The notes under the pieces: model-generated | The model's database searches: none | Seen by the model: only the letters and a program-made list of their open reading frames with translations | What the model was told of the DNA's origin: nothing | Translations under genes and position numbers: made by a program | Shown: one piece after another, positions 20,038-29,996 of the stretch | Layout: every line of letters begins with the position of its first letter | Position numbering within the stretch: position 1 is the stretch's first letter | NCBI GenBank assembly: GCA_963827755.1 | Contig: CAWHCQ010000035.1 | Span: forward strand, 32,001 to 96,000 | DNA from: an uncultured Gammaproteobacteria bacterium | GTDB lineage: Bacteria; Pseudomonadota; Gammaproteobacteria; UBA9214 | Length of the DNA: 64,000 nt | Direction: 5' to 3'

Positions 20038-20697
20038 CTAGCAGATTCGTGCAGCAGGACAGCGTTTATTCAGCAGGCACTGCCCGCACACGGGTCGTGT
20101 CCGGCAGATGTCCTTTGCATGCTGCACAATCAGGGCGTGATACTCGTTAAACAATTCGGCATCCGCGCCGAGTATTGGCTCGATCAGCTGGCGCAGCGCC
20201 TCGTAGGGCTCGTCACCGGCGATCATGCCAAGCCGCGAAAACAGGCGCCGGGTATAGGCATCAATCACAAAAACCGGACGATTGAATGCATACAGCAGAA
20301 TATCATCTGCCGTCTCCGGCCCGATACCATGGACGGACAGGAGTGACTGACGCAAGGCATCCGTCGGGATTTTTTCAAGGGCCGCGTAACCGCCCGAATC
20401 GATATACCAGCGGCAGAAATGCCTCAGCCGCGCAGCCTTTATATTGAAATAACCGGACGGCTTCAGGCGCCGGGCAAGGTAGTCCTTGCGCACGGCAACG
20501 ATCTTCCCGGGATCAAGCAGGCCATCTGCCACCAGGTTGGCAATCGCTTTTTCAACATTCGACCAGGCGGTGTTCTGCGTCAGCACCGCACCGACCATGA
20601 TTTCAAACGGCGAATCACCCGGCCACCAGTGGCGCGGGCCGTGGCACTTATAGAGTGAATCAAAAACGAATTCGAGTGTTGCGCGGTTGCACTTCAC
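20038..20697 (-). CDS. HhH-GPD/endonuclease III-domain protein
   Basis: WWP..PFEIMVGAVLTQNTAW, LLSVHGIGPETAD, VIDAY, and C-terminal CRTRPVCGQCLLNKRC Fe-S motif. Confidence 0.88.
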   Translation of the reverse strand: MKCNRATLEFVFDSLYKCHGPRHWWPGDSPFEIMVGAVLTQNTAWSNVEKAIANLVADGLLDPGKIVAVRKDYLARRLKPSGYFNIKAARLRHFCRWYIDSGGYAALEKIPTDALRQSLLSVHGIGPETADDILLYAFNRPVFVIDAYTRRLFSRLGMIAGDEPYEALRQLIEPILGADAELFNEYHALIVQHAKDICRTRPVCGQCLLNKRCPAARIC

Positions 20698-20712
20698 GAA
20701 TACCCCGGAAAT

Positions 20713-21498
20713 TCAGCGGCGGCGCCTGTGGCCGTGACGCCGCTGCGGCAGCGGTGGTGGTGCCTCCAGCCTGACTGCTGCATAGAGTGCCTCGACATCC
20801 TTGCGTTCGAGATCCTGGAATTTCCCGGCGCGCAGGCTGCGAGGCAACTCGACCGGGCCATAGCGGACGCGAATCAGGCGGCTTACCTGCAGACCCTGTG
20901 ATTCCCACAGGCGGCGTACCTCGCGATTACGCCCTTCCCTGAGGAGGACGTGGTACCAGTGGTTCGCACCCGCCCCGCCCGCATCGAGAATGGCTGCAAA
21001 CGCGGCCATTCCGTCCTCCAGCATGACGCCTTCCTGCAGCTGCTGCAGAATCGTCTCATCGACCGTGCCCAGAACCCGAACGGCGTATTCCCTTTCGATT
21101 TGATATGACGGGTGCATCAGGCGATGCGCAAGTTCGCCGTCCGTGGTCACCAGCAACAGGCCGGATGTATTGATATCGAGACGCCCGATGGTGATCCAGC
21201 GGGCATTTTTGATGCGCGGCAGGCTGTCGAACACCGTTGGCCGGCCTGCTTCATCCTTTCGGGTCGTCACTTCACCGGCAGGCTTGTGGTAGATCAGTGT
21301 GCGTTCCGGGGTTACCGCCGTTGAGGCATGCGATACCATGCGACCATCTATTTTTACCAGGTCCGTTTCACAAATACTCAGGCCCGGTTCCGCGAGCTTG
21401 TTGTTGACGGTAATTTTTCCTTCACGGATCCACGCCTCGATCTGGCGACGCGATCCCAGGCCGGCACGGGCCAGGACTTTCTGTATACGTTCGGCCAT
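20713..21498 (-). CDS. rluB: 23S rRNA pseudouridine synthase B
   Basis: S4 domain (ERIQKVLARAGLGSRR), GRLDINTSGLL, EGRNREVRR. Follows scpB. Confidence 0.93.
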   Translation of the reverse strand: MAERIQKVLARAGLGSRRQIEAWIREGKITVNNKLAEPGLSICETDLVKIDGRMVSHASTAVTPERTLIYHKPAGEVTTRKDEAGRPTVFDSLPRIKNARWITIGRLDINTSGLLLVTTDGELAHRLMHPSYQIEREYAVRVLGTVDETILQQLQEGVMLEDGMAAFAAILDAGGAGANHWYHVLLREGRNREVRRLWESQGLQVSRLIRVRYGPVELPRSLRAGKFQDLERKDVEALYAAVRLEAPPPLPQRRHGHRRRR

Positions 21499-21542
21499 GG
21501 GCTTGCGGGTTGACGATCGGGAACCGGGACGTTCCGGACCTG

Positions 21543-22241
21543 CTAGTGAATGGTGGCGACGGGTTCGTGCTCGTCTTCGGAAGGTTCTGTCACAGGCTCT
21601 GCTGCCAGCTCCTCGCCGGCGGCTTCGCTGTCCGGCCCGTCGTTTGCAGGTGCAAGCTGCAACTCCGGAATATCCGACAGATCAAGCTCCAGCTCGGCAC
21701 CAATGGTACCCAGGTCGCGCAACTCGGAAAGTGTCGGCAGGTCACTGAGGCTCTTCAGGCTGAAATAATCGAGGAATTGCCGGGTGGTGCCATACATGGC
21801 GGGATGACCGGGCACATCCCGGTGTCCAAGTACATGAATCCAGTCGCGCTCCAGCAGGGTTTTGATAATCGAGGTACTGACGGTGACACCCCGCACACTC
21901 TCGATCTCGCCACGGGTGATCGGCTGTCGATAGGCAATCAGCGACAGGGTTTCCAGCAATGCGCGTGAGTAGCGTGCCGGCTTCTCCTCCCAGAGACGCG
22001 ACACCCAGGGCTGCATCGCCTCCCTGATCTGGATACGGTAGCCGCCGCCGACCTGTACCAGTGCGATGCCGCGCGGCTCGTAGTCCGCCTGCAACAATCC
22101 CAGTGCTTCGCGCAGCTGGCTGCGTTCGGGCCTTTCATTTTCAGCAAACATGGCCAGCAGCTGATCGAGCGTCAGCGGACGGCCAGCCGCCAGCAGGATG
22201 GCTTCGAGAATGTTTTTCAGTGCTTCATTTTCCATATTCAA
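21543..22241 (-). CDS. scpB: SMC-Scp complex subunit ScpB
   Basis: YSRALLETLSLIAYRQPITRGEIESVRGV, YGTTRQFLDYF. An alternative ATG start lies at 22235. Confidence 0.95.
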   Translation of the reverse strand: MNMENEALKNILEAILLAAGRPLTLDQLLAMFAENERPERSQLREALGLLQADYEPRGIALVQVGGGYRIQIREAMQPWVSRLWEEKPARYSRALLETLSLIAYRQPITRGEIESVRGVTVSTSIIKTLLERDWIHVLGHRDVPGHPAMYGTTRQFLDYFSLKSLSDLPTLSELRDLGTIGAELELDLSDIPELQLAPANDGPDSEAAGEELAAEPVTEPSEDEHEPVATIH

Positions 22242-22246
22242 TTTAC

Positions 22247-23128
22247 TCAGGCGGTTTCCTGCTGCTCTGCAAGCATCTCCAGATCGGCTGCGCCGGCCTC
22301 TTCTGCGCGTGAGGCAGCCTTCACATGTATCGGGGCAAACGCCTCTGTCTGGGTTAAATCAAGCAGCGACTCCTTGACCAGTTCAAGAATGGCGAGAAAC
22401 GTGACCACCACACCCATGCGCCCCTCTTCAACCGTGAACAGGTCGCTGAAGCGGGTGTACTCGCTGCTGCTGACTCGGCCCAGGACACTGGACATGCGTT
22501 CCCGAACGGACAGGGACTCCATCTGTACATGGTGATGGGCAAACATGGAGGCGCGTTGCATGACCTCCTGAAACGCTGCAATCAGGTCCTGCAGCTCGAC
22601 TTCCGGCGGCAGCCTGACGATCTTCTGTTCCGGACCCTCGGCCTCGGCCTGGAAGACATCGCGCCCGAGCCGCGGCAGGACATCGAGGTCTTCAGCCGCC
22701 TTCTTGTAGCGCTCGTACTCCTGCAAGCGACGCACCAGCTCGGCACGCGGATCGTTTTCATCTTCCTCATCACACGCCGGGCGTGGCAACAGCATGCGTG
22801 ACTTGATCTCGGCAAGCACCGCCGACATCACCAGGTACTCGGCCGCCAGGTCCAGCTTGATCACCTGCATAAGTTCAATATATTCAATATATTGGCGTGT
22901 TATATCGGCAACCGGGATGTCGACGATCTCGATATTTTCCTTGCGGATCAGGTAAAGCAGCAGGTCCAGCGGGCCTTCAAATGCCTCGAGGAAAACCTCC
23001 ATCGCGTCGGGCGGAATGTAGAGGTCCTGGGGAAGTGAGTCGATGGTCTGACCCTGGACTACAGCGTGGGGGATTTCTTCCTGCGTGTGGAGATCCGGCG
23101 TGACTGCGCGGCTCTGATTTTCGCTCAT
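22247..23128 (-). CDS. scpA: segregation/condensation protein ScpA (kleisin)
   Basis: FEGPLDLLLYLIR, AAEYLVM..LAEIKSRMLLP, VVTFLAILEL. Confidence 0.95.
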   Translation of the reverse strand: MSENQSRAVTPDLHTQEEIPHAVVQGQTIDSLPQDLYIPPDAMEVFLEAFEGPLDLLLYLIRKENIEIVDIPVADITRQYIEYIELMQVIKLDLAAEYLVMSAVLAEIKSRMLLPRPACDEEDENDPRAELVRRLQEYERYKKAAEDLDVLPRLGRDVFQAEAEGPEQKIVRLPPEVELQDLIAAFQEVMQRASMFAHHHVQMESLSVRERMSSVLGRVSSSEYTRFSDLFTVEEGRMGVVVTFLAILELVKESLLDLTQTEAFAPIHVKAASRAEEAGAADLEMLAEQQETA

Positions 23129-23208
23129 TTAATACCCGCCGAGGGACAATTTATAGCGTGCGGAAAATACTAACCTATTTTCAGCCATATGTCTGTATTT
23201 ATAACCAA

Positions 23209-24423
23209 TTACGTATAGATCAGCCCCATGGCCTCACGGACCTCGCCGAGGGTCTCGCGGGCCACATCACGGGCGGCCCTCGAGCCCGCATCGATGATCT
23301 TTCGCACCCGTTCCCGGTCGTGCTCAAACTCGCTGGCGCGTTCCTGTATCGGTACAAGCTCGGCCAGCACCGCGTCGATCACGGGCTGTTTGCAATCCAG
23401 GCAACCGATACCCGCCGTGGTACACCCCTCCCGGACCCAGTCCTTCGCCGCCGCATTCGAATAGACTTCATGCAGCTGCCAGACCGGGCAGATATCCGGA
23501 TTACCGGGGTCGGTGCGGCGCACCCGTGCCGGGTCCGTGGGCATGGTACGCAGCTTTTCCCGAATGTCCCCGGGCGCCTCGCGCAGTCCGATGGTATTGC
23601 CGTAGGACTTGGACATCTTCTGCCCGTCCAGGCCGGGCATTTTCGAGGCCGGGGTCAGCAGTGACTGCGGCTCCGTCAGAATCATGCGGCCACCGCCCTC
23701 GAGAAAACCGGCGAGGCGTTCACGGTCACTGATGGCGAGGTTCTGCTGCTCCCCAAGCAGGGCATGCGCCACACCCAGCGCCTCGTGATCGCCCTGCTGC
23801 TGGTAACGCGTCAACAAATCCTTGTAGAGGCGCGCATTTTTTTTACCCATCTTTTTGATGGCCGCACGGGCCGCCTCCTCGTAACCGGGTTCGCGCCCGT
23901 AGATATGATTGAAGCGGCGTGCTATTTCACGGGTCAGCTCGACATGCGCCACCTGGTCTTCCCCGACCGGGACCTTGTCTGCACCGTAGATAAGAATGTC
24001 CGCACCCTGCAACAACGGGTAGCCGAGAAAACCGTAGGTTGCCAGGTCGCGTTCACGAAGTTTCTCCTGCTGATCCTTGTAACTCGGCACGCGTTCCAGC
24101 CAGGCCAGCGGCGTCACCATCGAAAGCAGCAAATGCAGTTCGGCATGCTCGGGGACCCAGGACTGGATAAAGAGCTCCGCCGAGTCCGGGTTAACGCCCG
24201 CGGCCAGCCAGTCAATAACCATGTCCCAGACATTGTCTGCAATGATCCCGGAGTCTTCATAATGGGTCGTGAGTGCGTGCCAGTCGGCCACGAAAAAAAA
24301 GCAGTCGAATTCCTGCTGCAGTTTGATCCAGTTTTTCAACACCCCGTGGTAATGCCCGAGGTGCAGTCGTCCCGTCGGGCGCATCCCGGACAACACCCTG
24401 CTTTTGTTAGCGATAGCGGCCAA
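23209..24423 (-). CDS. trpS: tryptophan--tRNA ligase
   Basis: SGMRPTGRLHLGH, YPLLQGADIL, VPVGEDQ, KMSKS. Confidence 0.96.
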   Translation of the reverse strand: MAAIANKSRVLSGMRPTGRLHLGHYHGVLKNWIKLQQEFDCFFFVADWHALTTHYEDSGIIADNVWDMVIDWLAAGVNPDSAELFIQSWVPEHAELHLLLSMVTPLAWLERVPSYKDQQEKLRERDLATYGFLGYPLLQGADILIYGADKVPVGEDQVAHVELTREIARRFNHIYGREPGYEEAARAAIKKMGKKNARLYKDLLTRYQQQGDHEALGVAHALLGEQQNLAISDRERLAGFLEGGGRMILTEPQSLLTPASKMPGLDGQKMSKSYGNTIGLREAPGDIREKLRTMPTDPARVRRTDPGNPDICPVWQLHEVYSNAAAKDWVREGCTTAGIGCLDCKQPVIDAVLAELVPIQERASEFEHDRERVRKIIDAGSRAARDVARETLGEVREAMGLIYT

Positions 24424-24432
24424 GCTGGTCTC

Positions 24433-25122
24433 CTATAATCCGAGCAAGGATTTCAATACATCTGTAAATGTTCTGACCGGCAACCCGGTCAGTGGTGACA
24501 GCAGGCCCATGATGAGGGTGATCAGCGGAAATAATATCTTCGCCAGTATTCCGGTCATCAACAACACCAGCAATATCATGAAGCCGTAAGGTTCGATCAG
24601 GCTGAAGCGGTAGGCCAGCGGTCCCGGCAGCAGGCTGGTCGCCACGCGTCCGCCATCCAGTGGCGGCAACGGCAGCAGGTTCAACACCATCAATATGGTA
24701 TTGATAAAAATACCGGCAACGCCCATGTATACCAGCGCAACTCCCTGCTCGCCGATCAGCAGGCCTGCATGCACCAGCAGGGCCCAGAGGATTGCCATGA
24801 ACAGGTTGGACACCGGTCCCGCGGCCGCAACAATGGCCATATCACGCTTCGGATTGCGCAGGTTCTTCCAGTTGATCGGCACCGGCTTGGCATAACCGAA
24901 AATAAAACCGGCCTGAAGCAGGAGCAATATGCCGGGTATCAGGATTGTTCCCACGGGATCGACATGTTTCAGCGGGTTCAGTGTCAGGCGGCCCAGCATC
25001 ATGGCCGTCTTGTCACCGAGCCGGCTCGCCACCCAGCCGTGAGCCACCTCGTGGACGGTAATGCCCAGCAAGACCGGCGGCACCCAAACCGCAATTTTTT
25101 GCACAAGACTGAGCTCCAGCAT
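24433..25122 (-). CDS. site-2 protease family (M50) membrane metalloprotease
   Basis: HEVAH, AAAGPVSN, NLLPLPPLDGG. Confidence 0.93.
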   Translation of the reverse strand: MLELSLVQKIAVWVPPVLLGITVHEVAHGWVASRLGDKTAMMLGRLTLNPLKHVDPVGTILIPGILLLLQAGFIFGYAKPVPINWKNLRNPKRDMAIVAAAGPVSNLFMAILWALLVHAGLLIGEQGVALVYMGVAGIFINTILMVLNLLPLPPLDGGRVATSLLPGPLAYRFSLIEPYGFMILLVLLMTGILAKILFPLITLIMGLLSPLTGLPVRTFTDVLKSLLGL

Positions 25123-25152
25123 CGGCGGATTATAACCCCATGACTGTTAATT

Positions 25153-25776
25153 TCATCCGCTAATCCCTTCTGCCACACCGCAGCCCTGGCGGACAATTTG
25201 CGGCACACCATCGACCATATCGATGACCGTTGTCGGTTCCATCCCGCAATGACCGCCATCGATGATCAGGTCGACCGCCCGGCTGATCCGCTCACGCATG
25301 TTATCGACATCGGTCTCCGGTATATCGTGCCCGGGTAAAATCAGGGTTGAACTCATCAGTGGCTCGCCCAGGCACTCAAGCAGGGCCTGCGCGATCGGGT
25401 GGGCGGGTACGCGCAAACCAATTGTCTTGCGCTTCGGGTTCTGCAGACGGCGCGGAACTTCATGTGTTGCACGCAGGATAAACGTAAAGGGTCCCGGCGT
25501 CAGCGACTTTATCAGCCGGTAGGCACTGTTATCGATTTTTGCATAAGTCGCAATCTCGGAAAGATCACGACACACAAGGGTGAAATTATGTTTATTATCG
25601 AGCGCGCGGATCTGGCGAATCCGCTCCATACCGCGCTTGTCACCGACATGACAACCGAGTGCATAACTGGAGTCAGTCGGATAGATGACCAGCCCGTCCT
25701 TGCGAATGATATCGACCGCCTGCTGCACCAGCCGCGGCTGCGGATTATCCGGGTGGATTTGTATGTATTGACTCAT
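25153..25776 (-). CDS. yciO: Sua5/YciO/YrdC-family protein
   Basis: MSQYIQIHPDNPQPRL, YPTDSSYALGC, TPGPFTFIL, IGLRVP. The start at 25776 is preferred over the ORF extension that runs through a repeat. Confidence 0.9.
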   Translation of the reverse strand: MSQYIQIHPDNPQPRLVQQAVDIIRKDGLVIYPTDSSYALGCHVGDKRGMERIRQIRALDNKHNFTLVCRDLSEIATYAKIDNSAYRLIKSLTPGPFTFILRATHEVPRRLQNPKRKTIGLRVPAHPIAQALLECLGEPLMSSTLILPGHDIPETDVDNMRERISRAVDLIIDGGHCGMEPTTVIDMVDGVPQIVRQGCGVAEGISG

Positions 25777-25803
25777 ACCTCGCCCACCGGACCAGCAGCG
25801 ACC

Positions 25804-25926
25804 CGCAGGAGCGCCTTGCAGGGCCGCTCCTGGCATCCATGCCTCCCGCGACACTCGTACATCCCTGTACATCGCGCGTGATCGGGATTCATGCGGGGAT
25901 ATCGCGGATGAGATCCGCTCCTGCAG
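25804..25926. repeat. REP doublet with an inserted double GGA-hairpin module
   Basis: A degenerate GCAGGAGCG-headed REP interrupted by about 50 bp, then an inverted family-B REP at 25901-25926. Confidence 0.65.
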
Positions 25927-25953
25927 TGATATAGGTACATTTTCTACGGGCTG

Positions 25954-26799
25954 TTAATGTGTTGGCCAATGCTCGCTCTGCCAGACCGGCGTACAGCCGG
26001 CCGGCAGCGCCGCCAACCGGCCCAGCTGCACTCGGGAATTTTCCGGGCCGTGATAATCGGAGCCGCAGGAAGCCAGCAGATTCTCGTTGCAACACAGGGC
26101 CGCCATCGTACTGATGTGATCGCGGCTATGGCTGCCGGAAACCACCTCCATACCCAGCCCCCCGGCTTCCCTGAATTCACCGATCAGGCGGCGCAACTTG
26201 CTTGCCGTCATGCGGTAGCGGGCCGGGTGCGCGATGACAGCCATGCCACCGGCACGGGCAATCCAGTCCAGCGCATCTGCAAGGCTGGCCCACCGGCCGG
26301 ACACAAAACCGGGCCGGTTATTCACCAGGTAACGTTTGAAGACCTCCTGTACAGACCGGGCGTGGCCGTGTTCGACCAGGAAGCGGGCGAAGTGGGTCCG
26401 GCCGACGATGCTGCCCTTTGCCAGCGCCCGGGCCCCTTCCGTGCCGCCCGCGATACCGGCCTTCGCGAGGCGCCGGCCAATCTCCACGGCGCGCCAGTTA
26501 CGAAACTCACGCAGCCCCGCCAGGCCCGCCTGCAATTCCATACAATCCGGATTGATATTCAGTCCGAGTATATGAATCGTCTGCGCCTGCCAGCTGACGG
26601 ATATTTCCACCCCGGGTACCAGTTGCAATCCAAGCTCGCGGGCACGCGCCTGCGCAGCGCCCAGACCCTCCGTGGTATCGTGGTCCGTCAAGGCGAGTAC
26701 CTGCACACCGCCGGCATGCGCCGCGCTCACCAGCTCGGCGGGACCGAGCGTGCCGTCCGAGGCGATCGAGTGGCTGTGCAAATCATACTGGAGAGTCAT
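25954..26799 (-). CDS. PHP-domain phosphoesterase (YciV/TrpH/RNase AM family)
   Basis: YDLHSHS..SDG, ALTDHDT, GVEIS, RTHFA, AHPARY, GSDYHG. Confidence 0.9.
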   Translation of the reverse strand: MTLQYDLHSHSIASDGTLGPAELVSAAHAGGVQVLALTDHDTTEGLGAAQARARELGLQLVPGVEISVSWQAQTIHILGLNINPDCMELQAGLAGLREFRNWRAVEIGRRLAKAGIAGGTEGARALAKGSIVGRTHFARFLVEHGHARSVQEVFKRYLVNNRPGFVSGRWASLADALDWIARAGGMAVIAHPARYRMTASKLRRLIGEFREAGGLGMEVVSGSHSRDHISTMAALCCNENLLASCGSDYHGPENSRVQLGRLAALPAGCTPVWQSEHWPTH

Positions 26800-26909
26800 C
26801 CGGCCTATTCTACAGGAGTCGTCCGGGCTGTGCGGCAATTCACGCACGCCGGTCGCGCAGCTGCGGGCAAGCCGGTACTATTACCCTCTACTATTTCGGG
26901 AAACCACCC

Positions 26910-27638
26910 ATGCACACAGCGACCGGGGATATCCACTCCATCCAGCAAGCCATCACCGACATCGTTGCGGCCTGCAGCCGCGCAAACGAGGCCAGGTCGC
27001 AGGCAGATCCGGATACCGACCTGCCTGCCCTCTTCGATGCCCTGAAAAGTCTGCAGGACGTCATGCTCCGCATCCAGGGAGATGCCGGGGCCACCGCCAG
27101 GGCAGACGTAACGGAAATCGGGGAATATGCCATCCGCCTGATCGAGAACCTCGCAGCCTGTGCGGGGAAACTCGGCCTGGATGAACAAAAAAACGCCCTC
27201 AATGACCTGTTCATCAACACCGGCCTGTGGATTGCACACCAGGGCGGACTGATCGATACGCTGGAGCCGGTCGTAGATGCCATTGCCATTGTCGCCAACA
27301 ACACCCGCGACGCGGATGAGCTTGAAGCCCTCAGTAAAGTCATCCGGCAGATTATCGATGCCGTCCCGGCCGTCATCAGCCAGGACCTGGAAAACATCAA
27401 TCCCGGCAGGCCCTGGCGTGTTTTATTACTGAATTACTGCATTGTTGCGACACGCAGTCACAACACCGCACTGATGGAAACCGCCTTTGCCTTGCTGACC
27501 GCAAGTCTGCCGGCCGAGGCACCGCGCTTTTTTACCGAGGGCATGCAGCAGATGGACGCGCTTGATTACCCCGACCATGTCCGTACCGTGATGGAGAAAT
27601 ACCACCGCAAGTGGAATGTTGACCGGTCCCTGCACTAG
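26910..27638 (+). CDS. hypothetical, probably all-helical protein
   Basis: 242-aa ORF with protein-like composition filling the gap between the PHP gene and yciB. No motif recognised. Confidence 0.75.
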   Translation: MHTATGDIHSIQQAITDIVAACSRANEARSQADPDTDLPALFDALKSLQDVMLRIQGDAGATARADVTEIGEYAIRLIENLAACAGKLGLDEQKNALNDLFINTGLWIAHQGGLIDTLEPVVDAIAIVANNTRDADELEALSKVIRQIIDAVPAVISQDLENINPGRPWRVLLLNYCIVATRSHNTALMETAFALLTASLPAEAPRFFTEGMQQMDALDYPDHVRTVMEKYHRKWNVDRSLH

Positions 27639-27710
27639 CGATCTTTTCAGGCTGATAGCAACAGATGCAGTGCCGGATTCAGGCTGAACACCGTTTTTTT
27701 ACATTTTTAA

Positions 27711-27793
27711 TGGCCACGGAATCCACGGAAGAACACGTAAATACAAATGCCCTTGTGTAATTCTTCCGTGTTTTTCCGTGGATTTCGTGGCCA
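27711..27793. repeat. inverted repeat built from short periodic subrepeats (CACGGAA x3 / TTCCGTG x3)
   Basis: TGGCCACGGAATCCACGGAAGAACACG ... CCGTGTTTTTCCGTGGATTTCGTGGCCA. Confidence 0.75.
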
Positions 27794-27926
27794 TAATATC
27801 GATCTTTATCAGACCGAAGCCGCACAAGGGCCTTGCGGGTTCCACCTCAGCCCCAAAAAGACTATCATTTGGCTCCTTTGGCCGGCCAAATGGCCGCAAA
27901 TCACCCAATTGAAGACGGCTGTATAG

Positions 27927-28469
27927 ATGAAGTTTCTTTTTGACCTGTTCCCGATCCTGCTGTTTTTTGTGGCCTACAAGATGTATGACATCTATGTCGC
28001 CACGGCCGTTGCCATTGCCGCTGCCTTTGTACAGACCGGCCTGTTCTGGCTGAAACACCGCAAATTCGAAAAAATGCACGTGATCACACTGTTGATACTG
28101 ATCGTCTTCGGTGGACTGACACTGGTGCTGCGCGACCCGGTTTTTATCAAGTGGAAACCGACGGTCGTCAACTGGCTGTTCGGCCTGTCCTTCCTCGGCA
28201 GCCAGTTTATCGGCGAGCGCACCCTGGTCGAACGCATGATGGGCCACGCGATCACCGTGCCCGGCCCGGTATGGCGGCGTCTCAACTGGGCATGGGTCCT
28301 GTTCTTCATTGCGATGGGGCTTATAAATATCTATGTTGCCTACAGCTACAGCGAGGAGACCTGGGTGAATTTCAAACTGTTCGGCATGATGGGACTGACC
28401 CTGGTGTTTGTGTTTGCGCAGGCCTTCTATCTCGGCCGCTACATGGAACCCGACAAGGAAAACAATTAA
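27927..28469 (+). CDS. yciB: inner membrane protein YciB (septation protein A)
   Basis: [24 protein letters not shown]. Confidence 0.95.
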   Translation: MKFLFDLFPILLFFVAYKMYDIYVATAVAIAAAFVQTGLFWLKHRKFEKMHVITLLILIVFGGLTLVLRDPVFIKWKPTVVNWLFGLSFLGSQFIGERTLVERMMGHAITVPGPVWRRLNWAWVLFFIAMGLINIYVAYSYSEETWVNFKLFGMMGLTLVFVFAQAFYLGRYMEPDKENN

Positions 28470-28768
28470 TGCTCTACGCCATCATCAGCCAGGACAGGGA
28501 CAACAGTCTTGCCGACCGCCAGCTGGCGCGTCCCGCACACTTGCAGCGCCTGCAGGCACTCAGGGACGAGGGCCGCCTGCTGCTTGCAGGACCGCATCCA
28601 GCCATCGACAGCCCCGATCCCGGCGACGCCGGCTTCAGTGGCAGCCTGGTGGTCGCAGAATTCACTTCGCTGGACGAAGCCAGGGCATGGGCGGATGACG
28701 ATCCCTACATCGCTGCCGGCGTTTATGAAAAAGTAACCGTCAAACCCTTCAAGAAGGTACTGCCCTGA
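28469..28768 (+). CDS. yciI: YciI-family protein
   Basis: TAATG overlap with yci[24 protein letters not shown]. Confidence 0.93.
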   Translation: MLYAIISQDRDNSLADRQLARPAHLQRLQALRDEGRLLLAGPHPAIDSPDPGDAGFSGSLVVAEFTSLDEARAWADDDPYIAAGVYEKVTVKPFKKVLP

Positions 28769-28769
28769 A

Positions 28770-29042
28770 ATGAGCGAGCAACGCACAGCAATGATCCGCG
28801 AGCGCCTTGCGCACGAACTGGCGCCTGACAGTCTCGAAATCATCGATGAAAGCGCCAAACATGCCGGTCATGCCGGTGCTGCCAGCGGCGGCGGCCACTT
28901 CATTGTGCATATCGTGGCAGACGCCTTTCGCGACAAAACCCTTATTCAGCGTCACCGCCTTGTCTATGATGCCCTCGGTGATATCATGCACCGGGAAATC
29001 CATGCGCTAAGCATCCAGGCAAAGACCCCTGATGAAACCTGA
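28770..29042 (+). CDS. bolA: BolA-family protein
   Basis: DESAKHAGH, GGHF, QRHRLVY, IHALSI. Confidence 0.92.
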   Translation: MSEQRTAMIRERLAHELAPDSLEIIDESAKHAGHAGAASGGGHFIVHIVADAFRDKTLIQRHRLVYDALGDIMHREIHALSIQAKTPDET

Positions 29043-29068
29043 CTACCAACCCAACAAGGTACAACTCA

Positions 29069-29936
29069 ATGAACTATCGTAATCTGACAGCGTTGCTTGC
29101 AACCGTTCTCGTTATCAGCGGATGCGACCAGATGCAAACCGCGCTCAACGGTAAAACTACTGAAGACGCAACGGCAAGCAGCACGATGGCAGAATCAGCA
29201 CCGGCACCTGCCGGCAAGGTACTCGCCACCATCAACGGCAAGGCCATTACCCGGGATGTTTTCGATGTCTACTCGAAGACACGCAAGCCGCAGAACAACA
29301 GCGAGGACACCAATTCACCTGCAGGCGATCCTGGATGAACTGATCGCGCTTGAACTCATGCGTCAGGAAGGCGAAAAGAACGATGTGTCTTCGCGTCCCC
29401 TGGTTGTTGCGCTGATGGATCAGCAGAGACGTTCGGCGCTCGCCAGTGCGGCTGTCAATGACTTCGTACAAGCCAATCAAACCAGTGATGAAGAGGCCCA
29501 AAAAGTGTATGACCAGCAGATAGGCAATACCGGGAAGGAATACAACGCCCGGCACATCCTGCTGGCAACCCGGGAAGAAGCCGTCGACGTCATATCCGCG
29601 CTCGATGGCGGTGCAGATTTCTCCGAACTTGCCATGGAAAAATCCACGGGGCCTTCAGGCAAGAATGGCGGCAAACTGGGCTGGTTTGCAGCGGGCCAGA
29701 TGGTCAAACCATTCTCGGATGCAACAGCAGCGCTTGAGACCGGCAGCTACAGCAAGGAACCGGTGGAAACACAGTTTGGCTGGCACGTCATTATCCTGGA
29801 CGACTCACGGGATATCACGCCGCCACCGTTTGAGGACGTCAAGGACCGCCTGAAACTGTTGATCGTCAACCAGAAACTGCAGGCGCATATCAACCAGATC
29901 AAGGCCTCGGCTGACATCGTGATCAACGAAAAATAG
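29069..29936 (+). CDS. parvulin-type peptidyl-prolyl isomerase lipoprotein (frameshift near 29320)
   Basis: The lipobox ISGC is in ORF 29069-29338. ARHIL, GGKLGWF, MVKPF and TQFGWHVI are in the next frame. Confidence 0.85.
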
Positions 29937-29996
29937 GTTCTTTCCGGCTGGCGGGACTTCCCGTCGGCCGGATGGTGCCGGCGCAGGTATGGGTGG

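Noticed and set aside
25777-25872. N-terminal extension of YciO in the ORF track (MYRDVRVSREAWMPG...)
   Set aside because: It is translated repeat sequence. The family-typical start MSQYIQIHP at 25776 has a GAGG RBS-like motif just upstream.
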